Source of the DNA: Minisyncoccota bacterium
GTDB lineage: Bacteria; Patescibacteriota; Minisyncoccia; Phycocordibacterales; DATDWN01
Assembly: GCA_041674105.1 (NCBI GenBank)
Contig: JBAYWK010000001.1
Location: forward strand, 167,114-231,113
Direction of reading: 5' to 3'
DNA length: 64,000 nucleotides
Shown here: positions 37,174 to 47,400 of the stretch, piece after piece
Layout: each line of letters starts with the position of its first letter
How positions within the stretch are numbered: position 1 is the first letter of the stretch
Made by a program: the position numbers and the translations under genes
The notes under the pieces: generated by a model
What the model was told of the DNA's origin: nothing
What the model saw: the letters and a program-made list of their open reading frames with translations, nothing else
Database searches by the model: none

Positions 37174-37719
37174 ATGTCTAAACAACAAATATCAGAAGGT
37201 AGAAATTGGTATGTTATACATACATACGCTGGATATGAGAATGCTGTTATGAGAAATTTAAAACAGCGTATAGAGTCTTTGGGAATGAACGACAAGATTT
37301 TTAATGTTATTGTTCCAACAGAAAAGAAAATAAAAATAAAAGGTGGAAAAAGAGTAGAAGATGAAGAAAAAATATATCCAGGATATATTTTAGTGGATAT
37401 GGTGGTGACTGATGATTCTTGGTATGTTGTTAGAAATACTCCTCGTGTGACCGGGTTTGTTGGCTCTGGAGTCTACCCAGTACCGGTAGATAAAAAAGAA
37501 ATAGAAGATTTGTTTTCTAGAATGAATTCTCATACCTTAAAACACAAGATTGATTTGTCAGTGGATGACAATATTATGATAGTAGACGGACCATTTAAAG
37601 ATCTTGAGGGTAAAGTTTCAGAAGTGGACGAAGAAAGAGGAAAGATAAAGGTATTGGTGGCTATGTTTGGAAGAGAAACCCCTGTAGAGCTAGATTTTTT
37701 ACAGGTCAAAAAGGCTTGA
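37174..37719 (+). CDS. nusG: Transcription termination/antitermination factor NusG
   Basis: WYVIHTYAGYE, PGYILV, VRNTPRVTGFVG, KOW, FGRETPVELDF. Confidence 0.97.
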   Translation: MSKQQISEGRNWYVIHTYAGYENAVMRNLKQRIESLGMNDKIFNVIVPTEKKIKIKGGKRVEDEEKIYPGYILVDMVVTDDSWYVVRNTPRVTGFVGSGVYPVPVDKKEIEDLFSRMNSHTLKHKIDLSVDDNIMIVDGPFKDLEGKVSEVDEERGKIKVLVAMFGRETPVELDFLQVKKA

Positions 37720-37806
37720 TTGGGATGATGTTGAAAATATAAGATTATTAGTATATAGTTTGGCTTCCTGTGCTTCTCGGGAAAACATTAAATAAATATA
37801 AAAATC

Positions 37807-38229
37807 ATGGCAAAAAAGATTATTAAAAGACTAAAGCTGATCATAGAAGGGGGTAAAGCTACTCCCGCTGGAACAACAGGTCCAGCTCTAGGTCAAGCTG
37901 GTGTAAATATTGGTGAATTTGTAAAACAATTCAATGATGCTACCTCAAAACAAATGGGTGAGGTTATTCCTGTAGAAATCTCTGTTTATGAAGATAGGAC
38001 TTTCTCTTTTATTACTAAAACTTCTCCTGCGACAAACCTAATACTTAAGGCCTTAGGAAAAGATAAAGGTTCAGGAAAAGCAAACACTTCTAAAATAGGT
38101 TCAATAACAAAGGCTCAGTTGAAAGAAATTGCTGAGAAGAAGATGGCTGACTTGAATGCTAACGATATTGATGCAGCGATGAAAATAATTGCTGGTTCTG
38201 CTAGAAGCATGGGGGTTGATGTGAAATAG
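37807..38229 (+). CDS. rplK: 50S ribosomal protein L11
   Basis: GKATPA..GPALGQ.GVNI, DRTFSF, GSARSMG. Confidence 0.97.
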   Translation: MAKKIIKRLKLIIEGGKATPAGTTGPALGQAGVNIGEFVKQFNDATSKQMGEVIPVEISVYEDRTFSFITKTSPATNLILKALGKDKGSGKANTSKIGSITKAQLKEIAEKKMADLNANDIDAAMKIIAGSARSMGVDVK

Positions 38230-38349
38230 GTAACATCAACCGATCTTTTGAGGTGTTTTGTTCGATTAGAAACAAAAGACCCAAAGGATGTACTGATCCT
38301 GTAAGGATTTGATGTGAATTAAAGAACATCAGCCGATCTTTTGAGGTGT
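38216..38349 (+). repeat. ~41-bp imperfect direct repeat (period 93) with hairpins at the rplK 3' end
   Basis: TTGATGTGAA..AACATCA(A/G)CCGATCTTTTGAGGTGT at 38216-38256 and 38309-38349. Confidence 0.75.
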
Positions 38350-38528
38350 GTTGTGGATAATATACTTGACTTTTTACATCGATCTATATTATACTAATTA
38401 GACAAAAGGTGCCTTCGGGTACCTTTTGTATTTTTATATTAAAGAATAAATACTAATATTTGAAAAGTGTTTAATTGCATATTTATATGGTATGACTAGT
38501 TCAGATTCTGTTCATTGAGGAGGAAGAA

Positions 38529-39143
38529 ATGGCGACAGTCAAAGAAATTTTGAATGCAGGAAGTTCTGTACAAAGCAAGTACATGGCTTCATTCGAAGAA
38601 TTGGGTGGAGTAGTTTCTCTATTCAAAGCTTCTGGATACAAAATTGTCCTGACCCAAGGTGTGTATGACATGTTTCATGTTGGTCATGGAAGATACATAC
38701 TTGAAGCAGCTTCTCATGGCGATATTTTAATCATAGGAGTAGATTCTGACGAATTGACTAAGTCAATGAAAGGACCTGGTCGTCCTTTTGATGATTTCGA
38801 TCAGAGGATTGAAGTCCTAGCAATGCTCTCTGCGGTTAATATCATTGTAAAAAGAGATCTGGGTCAAGATAAGTATGATCTTATTAAACTTGTTAAACCA
38901 GACGTTTTGATTATGTCTCAAACAACTCGGTCTTTTGGAGAAGAAGACGTTGAAAATCTAAAAGACTTCTGTGGTAAAATAGAGTGGTTAGAGGCAAAAG
39001 CAGCACAAACAACCACAGCTAAACTCAGACGAATGGCTGATGAGCACGGTTTAGAAACAGCCAAGAGAATTGTTGAGGCTATGAACCCTGTTTTAGAGCC
39101 TCTTGGAGCAAAAATTCAAGTGGTTGTGAATGGAGGAAAATAA
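38529..39143 (+). CDS. Cytidylyltransferase-like (HIGH-motif) nucleotidyltransferase
   Basis: QGVYDMFHVGH, GVDSD, KGPGRP. Confidence 0.85.
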   Translation: MATVKEILNAGSSVQSKYMASFEELGGVVSLFKASGYKIVLTQGVYDMFHVGHGRYILEAASHGDILIIGVDSDELTKSMKGPGRPFDDFDQRIEVLAMLSAVNIIVKRDLGQDKYDLIKLVKPDVLIMSQTTRSFGEEDVENLKDFCGKIEWLEAKAAQTTTAKLRRMADEHGLETAKRIVEAMNPVLEPLGAKIQVVVNGGK

Positions 39144-39987
39144 GATGGCTAATCTTGTAGCTTATATTCCAGTCCTAAACTACCGGCACATAGAGTGGTT
39201 TAGAAAACATTCTAATAGCAGTCTCCATCTGATTTCGCAAGAAATGGCCGAAAGTCTCCTCCCAAGATTATCTAGGAACATGGTTGCTGTGCCCACGGGC
39301 ATTACGGCTAAATCAATTATTGCCAATGAACTTTGCAGAAGAGTCTGTGATTTTAACTCAAAAATAGGATTTTTTGCTGGACGGGAGTTCATTCTTCCAG
39401 ATGAGGATATTTCTCATCTAGTAGCAGAAAGATACCTATTAGATTCTATATCTCATTTTGAAAGGATTTGGTCTAGATGGGATATGACAGCGGTTAAAGC
39501 ATCTCAGCCAATTATTTCAGACTGTGAAATCAGTCTGGATGAAACTGATTTTTCTAGAATTTTTCAATCCAACCAGATTTCTCAAAGATCTCCGGATTGG
39601 TGGAGACAGGTTGGAATAATAGCGTTTAGAGAGGACAGACTGTTGGCTTGTGGTTGGAATGAACACTTTCCTACAGAGTATGAAACGGGCATTTTTGGAG
39701 ATCCTCGTCTAAATTTCGATGCAGGTGATCCTTCTGGCATGGATGCTTATGTTTCTCTTCATGCTGAAGAGTATCTAATTGCCTTCTGTTCTCGGGAAGG
39801 GATTTCACTTGAAGGAGCATCTCTATACATAAATACATTTCCTTGTGGCCGATGTGCAAGAGCACTATCTCTGACAGGCGTCAAAGAACTTTTTTTTGGA
39901 GAAGGATATAGCTTCCTTAAAGGGTTCGATGTCCTTTCCAGTAAAGGTATAAGGATTGTGCATGTAAAAGACCCCAGATCAGCCTAA
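39130..39987 (+). CDS. dCMP deaminase-like protein with N-terminal extension
   Basis: SPDWWRQVG, HAE...PCGRC zinc-binding motif. Confidence 0.8.
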   Translation: MEENKMANLVAYIPVLNYRHIEWFRKHSNSSLHLISQEMAESLLPRLSRNMVAVPTGITAKSIIANELCRRVCDFNSKIGFFAGREFILPDEDISHLVAERYLLDSISHFERIWSRWDMTAVKASQPIISDCEISLDETDFSRIFQSNQISQRSPDWWRQVGIIAFREDRLLACGWNEHFPTEYETGIFGDPRLNFDAGDPSGMDAYVSLHAEEYLIAFCSREGISLEGASLYINTFPCGRCARALSLTGVKELFFGEGYSFLKGFDVLSSKGIRIVHVKDPRSA

Positions 39988-40000
39988 GGCTGACTGGGGT

Positions 40001-40453
40001 CTATTTTTTGTGCCCAAGGGTAACAAGTAATCTATTTTCTTGGTTCATTTTTTTTGTTTTCTTTTTCCCAACTAAAAAATGAAAATGTAGATGATCCAAA
40101 GTTGCGCCTGTGTAAGCCATATCTCCAGATCTTATAAAAACTGAATAGCCTTTTACTTTTAATTTATTTTTTAACCATTTTATTGATTTAAAAAAATCTA
40201 ATCCAGATTTATCACTGATTTCTTCGGTATCTTTTATATGTTTTTTACTTACTATTAAGTAATGGTGTTCTGCTCCCTGATAAGGGAAATCATTGGCTGT
40301 TATAAACCAGTATTTGTTGCTATGTATTATTGGAGAGGAGTGAGTTAATTTAAATCCATTTTTACAAAAATGACATTCATTATTTTTTTTAAGTTCCTGC
40401 ATTTTACGAGTCTGTTCAGGATGTCTACTGTTATCTAAGTTCATTTTTATCAT
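40001..40453 (-). CDS. HIT family hydrolase
   Basis: CHFC, NDFPY, HYLIV, HLHFH. Confidence 0.85.
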   Translation of the reverse strand: MIKMNLDNSRHPEQTRKMQELKKNNECHFCKNGFKLTHSSPIIHSNKYWFITANDFPYQGAEHHYLIVSKKHIKDTEEISDKSGLDFFKSIKWLKNKLKVKGYSVFIRSGDMAYTGATLDHLHFHFLVGKKKTKKMNQENRLLVTLGHKK

Positions 40454-40527
40454 AAGTAATCATATTTTATCATTTTTATTAAAAAAGCAAGTCGCCTCGG
40501 CTTACGCCTCGGCGACTTGTGTTATTT

Positions 40528-41487
40528 TTAGACCACAGCATCTGCCAGTTTCATTGCCGGATGATACTTGTAGTCTTTTAGGTCGAAATGAGTAGAACGA
40601 AAATCAAGGATGTTTTTTATTCTTTTTCCCTCTTCTGTTAGATGCATACTAGGAAAGGGAAATGATGTTCGGTTGATTATTTCATCGACCTCTCCCATAT
40701 GCCGTTCGTATATCTGACAATCATGCGGAGCATGGATAAACAGACCCGGTTCGTGACCAGTAATATTACATATTGCAAGCATCAGTGCTGCATATTGAAT
40801 CATATTTGAAGGAACTCCAATTGGGAAATCAGCAGACCTTTGATCCATCCGTAGATTAAGTTTGTCATTTAGGATGGTGATTTGTATATCACCATGACAT
40901 GGGGCCACCACAACCTTTCTAACCATTTCTTCGTGCTGAAGACAGTATTGAGGTATCCATGTACTTACCTTGTGAGTTCTTATTTCTGGATACTTTTTAA
41001 TCTGTTTTATCAAATTAACTATTTGGTTAAATGGTTTTGGTATCCACTTACCTCCATCTGGATATCCCAGAATGTTTTGCCAATCAAAATGGGGGAAAGA
41101 TGCAAATGCTGGACCATAAGATCCTGGACCCATATCGTATGGTTCAAGACCAAATTGGGCACATTTTTCAGGTGTCGCCCAACTTTTTTGCCACCAGTCA
41201 ACACCCCAATCTTCTGCTAGTATTCTGGCATCTCTTACGCCGTTTATAAATGCAAACAGTTCAGAGATAGGCTTTCTCCAAAAACCAATTTTTCTTTCAG
41301 TCAGTATAGGGAAGCCGTTACAGAGATCAAATTCCATAGGAGGAACAGTTAAAGAAGTATATGTTCCGTCTGTTTGGAACCTGCTTTTTGTAAAAACTCC
41401 AGTTTCTTTTATCATTCTAAGACGGTTTTTGTATTGTGTGTCAGGCACCCTCTTGTTTAAGGGTAAATAATTCGGTTCCATTTTCAT
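40528..41487 (-). CDS. thyA: Thymidylate synthase
   Basis: GFPILT, APCH, QRSADFPIGVPSN, IYERH. Confidence 0.93.
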   Translation of the reverse strand: MKMEPNYLPLNKRVPDTQYKNRLRMIKETGVFTKSRFQTDGTYTSLTVPPMEFDLCNGFPILTERKIGFWRKPISELFAFINGVRDARILAEDWGVDWWQKSWATPEKCAQFGLEPYDMGPGSYGPAFASFPHFDWQNILGYPDGGKWIPKPFNQIVNLIKQIKKYPEIRTHKVSTWIPQYCLQHEEMVRKVVVAPCHGDIQITILNDKLNLRMDQRSADFPIGVPSNMIQYAALMLAICNITGHEPGLFIHAPHDCQIYERHMGEVDEIINRTSFPFPSMHLTEEGKRIKNILDFRSTHFDLKDYKYHPAMKLADAVV

Positions 41488-41554
41488 CTCCTTTCAAAGA
41501 TCGACTCTAGCGAGATACGATCATTTATTTGTTTTTAGTCAAAAAGAAAGCGCT

Positions 41555-42133
41555 TTATGGGCGCTTTTTGTAAGTAACAAATTTGTAAGACATCCCTGTT
41601 TTGGAAAGATGTTCTTCGGATGAATCAACCCGCCATTCTTTTCCGAGTTCGGGGAAATAGGCTGTTCCATCTATATCTGTATTTATGTGGGTTGCAATAA
41701 CCCTATCTGCAAAAGGAAGAAAAATTTTGTAGACATCTTCTCCTCCACAGATAAAGATCTTTTGTCCATATTTTTGGATTTTACGTGCTTTAGCAAGTGC
41801 TTCGCGCACGCTGTGTACAATAAAGACATTATCGTAATCACATTTCCATTCTTTGTTTTTTGTTAAGACTATAGAAATTCTTCCCGGGAGGGGTTTTCCT
41901 AAGATCTCCAAAATATTTTGGAAAGTTGATCTTCCAAAGATACAAATATTTTCAAAAGTGGTTTTTTTGAAGTGTTGCATATCTTCTGGTAGGTGCCAGA
42001 GCATACCCTCAACACCTTTGTTTCCAATAACATTTCTTTTTGCCATGGCTACAATTATTGTGAGTTTGGATGTCTTAATATTGTTTAAATCTTCATAATG
42101 AACAGTTTTTCTTTTTCTCGTTGCCGGGGTCAT
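41555..42133 (-). CDS. folA: Dihydrofolate reductase
   Basis: IVAM..RNVIG, WHLPEDMQHFK, GRSTF, PLPGR, CGGEDVY. Confidence 0.93.
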   Translation of the reverse strand: MTPATRKRKTVHYEDLNNIKTSKLTIIVAMAKRNVIGNKGVEGMLWHLPEDMQHFKKTTFENICIFGRSTFQNILEILGKPLPGRISIVLTKNKEWKCDYDNVFIVHSVREALAKARKIQKYGQKIFICGGEDVYKIFLPFADRVIATHINTDIDGTAYFPELGKEWRVDSSEEHLSKTGMSYKFVTYKKRP

Positions 42134-42203
42134 TTCTTTATTCCTTTCTTCTGATCCGAATGCTATCCTTTATAAAAATCAAAGTCAATGATATTATGGC
42201 TTT

Positions 42204-42626
42204 ATGATTTTAAAGGTTAAAAAACTTGATTCAGAAGCAATTTTGCCAAATTATGCGCATAGTTGGGATGCTGGGATAGATATGTTTTCAGTTGAAGATG
42301 TTACACTAGTTCCTGGTCAAATAGGTAAAATAAAAAGTGGTATAGCCGTAGAGATTCCAGAAGGTTTTGTTGGTCTTTGTTGGGATAAAAGTGGTTTATC
42401 TATGAACCATTCAATAAAAGTTATGGGTGGGGTGATAGATTCTGGGTTTAGAGGAGAGATTATTTTTGGAGTAATTAACCTAGGAAAAGAAAATTATACT
42501 TTTAAAAAAGGGGACAAGGTTTTACAGATGCTTATTCAGAAGGTTGAAAAAGTAGAGGTTGTGGAATTTAAAGAACTTTCTTTCACAGATAGAGGAGAAA
42601 AAGGTTTTGGAAGTACGGGAAAATAA
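42204..42626 (+). CDS. dut: dUTP diphosphatase
   Basis: DAGID, KSGL, GVIDSGFRGEI, RGEKGFGSTG. Confidence 0.96.
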   Translation: MILKVKKLDSEAILPNYAHSWDAGIDMFSVEDVTLVPGQIGKIKSGIAVEIPEGFVGLCWDKSGLSMNHSIKVMGGVIDSGFRGEIIFGVINLGKENYTFKKGDKVLQMLIQKVEKVEVVEFKELSFTDRGEKGFGSTGK

Positions 42627-42630
42627 TAAA

Positions 42631-44385
42631 ATGACAATACATCATAAGATAAAAAAATGGATAGAAGAAACATTAAAAGTTGATAAAGACTTTGTTTTGG
42701 AATATCCAGCAGATCCATCGCATGGTGATTTTGCTACAAACGTAGCTATGGTTGAATATAGAAAAATCTCAAAAATCCTTGATTCTAATGTTCCAGAGGG
42801 AAAACATAAAGAAGATGGATTAAGGTGGGTAGGTGAAGCAAATAATCCAAGAGAATTAGCAGAGAAGTATAAACAAATATTAGAAGAAAATAAAATAGAT
42901 GAGGTTTCCGGAGTTTTTGTAGCTGGTCCTGGGTTTATAAATATAACAATAGACCCAAAACTTTTTGCTTTGGCTATAGAAAAGATAGATAAAGTAGGGG
43001 AAACTTTTGGTGAAAATAAGCACTATGCAGGTTCTAGGTTTTTGATTGAATATGCCCAACCAAATCCTTTCAAAGAATTTCATATTGGTCATATGATGAA
43101 TAATGTCATAGGGGAGTCTGTAGCTAAACTTATTGAAAGCCAAGGAAATGAAGTTGTTAGATTTTCATATCATGGAGATGTTGGTCTTCATGTGGCTAAA
43201 ACTATTTGGGGAGTAATAAATCTAGGTGTTGGTACAAATTTAAATATAAAAACTTTGGGTCAAGCTTATGCTCTTGGAGCAAAATTTTATGAAGATGATG
43301 ATGTTGTTAAAAAAGAAATAATTGAAATAAATAAAAAAATTTACGATAAATCTGATCAAGAGATAAATATTTTGTATGATAAAGGTCGTCAAATTTCTTT
43401 GGATGATTTTGAAAAAATCTATGAAAGATTGGGTAGTCATTTTGATCATCACTTTTATGAAAGTGAATCAGCTCCAGTTGGTAAAAAATTGGTAGAGGAA
43501 TTTTTAGAGAAAGGTGTTTTTGAAAAAAGTGAAGGAGCTATTATTTTTAAAGGAGAAAAAGTTGGACTTCATACAAGAGTTTTTTTAAATTCTGATGGTT
43601 TGCCCACATATGAAGCAAAGGAAATTGGTTTGATGTATATAAAAAAAGAAAAATATTCTCCGTTTGATATTTCTATTACTGTTACGGCAAACGAACAAGA
43701 CGCATTTTTCAAGGTAGTAGAAAAAGCCCTAGAAGAAGTTTTTCCTGAATTAAATGGAAAGTTACTTCACTTGTCTCATGGTCTGATAAAACTTCCTTCT
43801 GGAAAGATGTCTTCTAGAACAGGAGATGTCTTAACAGCAGAGTGGATTATAGATACCCTTAAAGAGGGATCAATAAATAAAATACGTGAACCACTTATAT
43901 CTCCAGAAGAAAAGGAGATTATAGCTGAGATGGTCGCTTTAGGTGCTTTGAAATTTTCTATATTGCGCCAAGCTATAGGAGGAGATATTGTTTTTGATAT
44001 AAATAAAGCATTGTCTTTGGATGGAGACTCGGGACCATACTTACAATATTCAGTGGTTAGAGCCGAAGCTCTTTTGAGAAAGTCTAGAGGTCAGATAGAA
44101 ATATCGGGAAAACAACCCGAAGGTTGGAAGGTTACTCTTTTGGAGCGATTACTTGAAAGATTTCCATCTATCTTGGAGAGATCAACAAATGAATATGCTC
44201 CACATCATTTGGTTACTTATCTGACAGCTTTATCTTCAGAATTTAATTCTTTCTATTCAGTAGAAAAAATAATTGATAATGAAAATGTAAATTCATCTTA
44301 TAAACTAGCTATAGTTAAAGCTTTTATTTATGTTATGACTTCTGGTTTAAATATTTTAGGTATTAAAATTCCTGAAAGAATGTAG
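42631..44385 (+). CDS. argS: Arginine--tRNA ligase
   Basis: HGDFATN, AGPGFIN, PNPFKEFHIGH, KMSSRTG, GPYLQY; start moved to ATG 42631. Confidence 0.96.
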   Translation: MTIHHKIKKWIEETLKVDKDFVLEYPADPSHGDFATNVAMVEYRKISKILDSNVPEGKHKEDGLRWVGEANNPRELAEKYKQILEENKIDEVSGVFVAGPGFINITIDPKLFALAIEKIDKVGETFGENKHYAGSRFLIEYAQPNPFKEFHIGHMMNNVIGESVAKLIESQGNEVVRFSYHGDVGLHVAKTIWGVINLGVGTNLNIKTLGQAYALGAKFYEDDDVVKKEIIEINKKIYDKSDQEINILYDKGRQISLDDFEKIYERLGSHFDHHFYESESAPVGKKLVEEFLEKGVFEKSEGAIIFKGEKVGLHTRVFLNSDGLPTYEAKEIGLMYIKKEKYSPFDISITVTANEQDAFFKVVEKALEEVFPELNGKLLHLSHGLIKLPSGKMSSRTGDVLTAEWIIDTLKEGSINKIREPLISPEEKEIIAEMVALGALKFSILRQAIGGDIVFDINKALSLDGDSGPYLQYSVVRAEALLRKSRGQIEISGKQPEGWKVTLLERLLERFPSILERSTNEYAPHHLVTYLTALSSEFNSFYSVEKIIDNENVNSSYKLAIVKAFIYVMTSGLNILGIKIPERM

Positions 44386-44423
44386 TTTTTGAAAAAATAC
44401 CCTAAGGTGCTAGTATTATATTT

Positions 44424-47400
44424 ATGAAAGAAGAAGAGTCTAATAAAAGTGAAGTTGTCCAAAAAGAAGAAAAAATACTAGATTTTTGGCAAAAAAACAA
44501 AATTTTTGAAAAAACTTTGGAAAAAGAAAATCCAGAAGGCAATTTTGTTTTTTTCGATGGGCCACCTTTTGCAACTGGACTCCCTCATTACGGGCATATT
44601 TTGCCTGGAACAGTAAAAGATTTAATACCGAGGTATCAGACAATGAAAGGGAAGAAGGTCTTGCGTCGTTGGGGCTGGGATTGTCATGGATTACCAATAG
44701 AAAACTTGATAGAAAAAGAACTCGGTCTTTCTAGTAAAAGAGACATAGAAAAATATGGAGTAGAAAAATTTAACTTGGCTGCCAGAAATGCTGTGTTTAG
44801 ATACAGGGATGAATGGAAAAAAATAATTCCACGCTCTGGTAGATGGGTTGATATGGAAAATGATTACCGAACAATGGATTCAACTTATACTGAGTCTGTC
44901 TGGTGGTCTTTTAAAAATCTTTATGATAAAAAACTAATTTATAAAGATTTCAAAACAATGCATATTTGTCCGCATTGTGAGACAACTCTTTCAAATTTAG
45001 AGGTCAGTCAAGGTTACAAAGACATAACAGATATTTCTGTATACGTAAAAGTAAAACTTTTAGACGAAGAAAATACATTTGCTTTGATATGGACAACAAC
45101 TCCTTGGACTCTTCCTGGAAATGTAGCTTTGGCTGTAAATCCAGATTTTGATTATGTAAAAGCGAAAAAAGGTGATGTTTTTTTTATCTTATTAAAAGAT
45201 CTTGCTCTAAAAGTTTTGAAAGACAACTATGAAATCGTAGATGAATTTAAGGGAAAGAAGCTTGTAGGTAAATCATATGAGCCAATTTTCTCGTATTATA
45301 AAAATTCAAACTTGGATAATTTAGAAAATGCTTGGAAAATATATGATGCGGATTTTGTTGATGTAGAAACAGGAACAGGAATTGTTCATATCGCTAGTGC
45401 TTTTGGTGAAGATGATATGAATTTGGGTAAAAAAAATGAATTACCTTTTATTCAACATGTTGGTATGGATGGAACTTTTAAAGAGGAGGTTTCTTTTTTA
45501 GCTGGGCAAAAAGTTAAACCCATAGAGGATCATCAAAAATCAGATGTGGAAATAATAAAATATCTAGCGAAAGAAGGAAGTTTGTTTGCTAAAGAAAAAA
45601 TAATTCACTCTTATCCTCATTGCTGGAGATGTGCTACACCTCTTTTGAATTACGCTACCTCTTCTTGGTTTGTTAAGGTTACTCTCTTGAAAGATAAGAT
45701 GATAGATTTAAATAATAAAATAAACTGGAAGCCGGCTTTTATTGGGGAAGGTAGATTTGGTAATTGGTTGGAGGGAGCAAGAGATTGGAGTATTTCTCGG
45801 GGAAGGTTTTGGGGAGCACCTCTTCCTGTATGGGAAAATGAATCTGAAGAAAGATTTGTTATAGGTTCAGTAGAAGACCTAAAAAATTATATAGGAAGAA
45901 AAAACAAATATTTTCTAATGAGACATGCTGAGTCAGAAGACAATGCCCATGGCAACCTAATTAATTCTAAAGATACGACCATAAATCCTCTTACCGAAGA
46001 AGGTATTTCGCAAGCTAAAGCCTCTGTCAAAAATCTAAAAGATAAAAAAATAGATCTAATAATTCATTCTCCTTTTCTTCGCACAAAACAAACAAGTCAA
46101 ATAATTGCCGAAGAATTGGGTATACCCAAAGAATCTGTCTTGGAAGAAGAAAAAATAGTGGAATTACAAGCGGGGGAATATGATAGGAAATCATGGGAAG
46201 AGTTTATAGAAAACTTTTCTTCTATAAAAGAGAAGTTTGAAAAGAACATTGGGGAAGCTGAATCATGGGAAGATGTGAGAAAAAGATCAATGAGCTTTAT
46301 TTATGATATAGATTCAAAATATGAAGGTAAAAATATCTTGATCGTAAGTCACGGAGCTCCTCTAAATCTTATAATGATGGGGTCTAGAGGTTTTTCTACA
46401 AATCAGATGATTAAGTATTTTCATAGCGATATCTTTAGTAATGCTGAAATAAAAGAATGTGATTTTGTCTCTCTCCCTCATAATGAAAAATATGAAATAG
46501 ATTTGCATAGACCTTATATAGATGATGTCGTTCTTAAGGATAAAAAAGGGAATCTTTTGAAAAGAGTTCCAGAGGTTTTTGATACTTGGTATGACTCTGG
46601 ATCTATGTCTTTTGCTCAACAACATTATCCTTTTGAAAATAAAGAGTTATTTGAGTCTAAAAATAATTCTCTATTTCCAGCGGATTTTATAGCTGAAGGA
46701 TTGGACCAGACTAGAGGTTGGTTTTATACACTACTTGTTTTGGGCACAGGTCTATTTAATAAATCTCCATACAATAGTGTGATTGTGAACGGTTTGGTTT
46801 TGGCTGAGGACGGTAGAAAAATGTCAAAGAGTTTGAAAAACTATCCAGATCCGATGGATATAATAAATAAATATGGAGCAGATGCTTTAAGGTATTACCT
46901 CATGTCTTCTTCTGTTGTTAGAACTGAAGATCTAAATTTTTCGGAAAAAGGTGTAGACGAGATATATAAAAAACTTATACAAAAGATTTATAACGTCCTA
47001 TCTTTTTATCAGATGTATTCTACAGATTATGTTTCTGTATATGAAAAAAGTTCAAATGTACTGGACCAATGGATTGTTTATAGGTTAAAAGAGTTGTTGG
47101 ACACAGTTACTAAACATTTAGATAGTTACGAAATAGAGAAAGCAGCAAGACCTATAATGGATTTTGTTGAAGATTTATCTACTTGGTATATAAGGAGATC
47201 TAGGGAAAGATTTAAATCAGATAACTTTCAAGATAGAAAAGATGTTTCTGATACGACATCATATATTTTAAAAGAATTATCAAAAATAATGGCTCCCATA
47301 ACACCTTTTATTGCTGAAGAGGTTTATTTGGAAATAACAAAAGGTTTAAAAAAGGAAAGTGTTCATTTAGAAAAGTGGCCAAATTTGAAAGAAATAGTTA

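Noticed and set aside
42559-42630. Extended N-terminus of argS, and similar upstream starts for tsaE, polA, holA, yqgF and recA
   Set aside because: They overlap upstream genes or promoters; downstream ATGs fit the family N-termini better.
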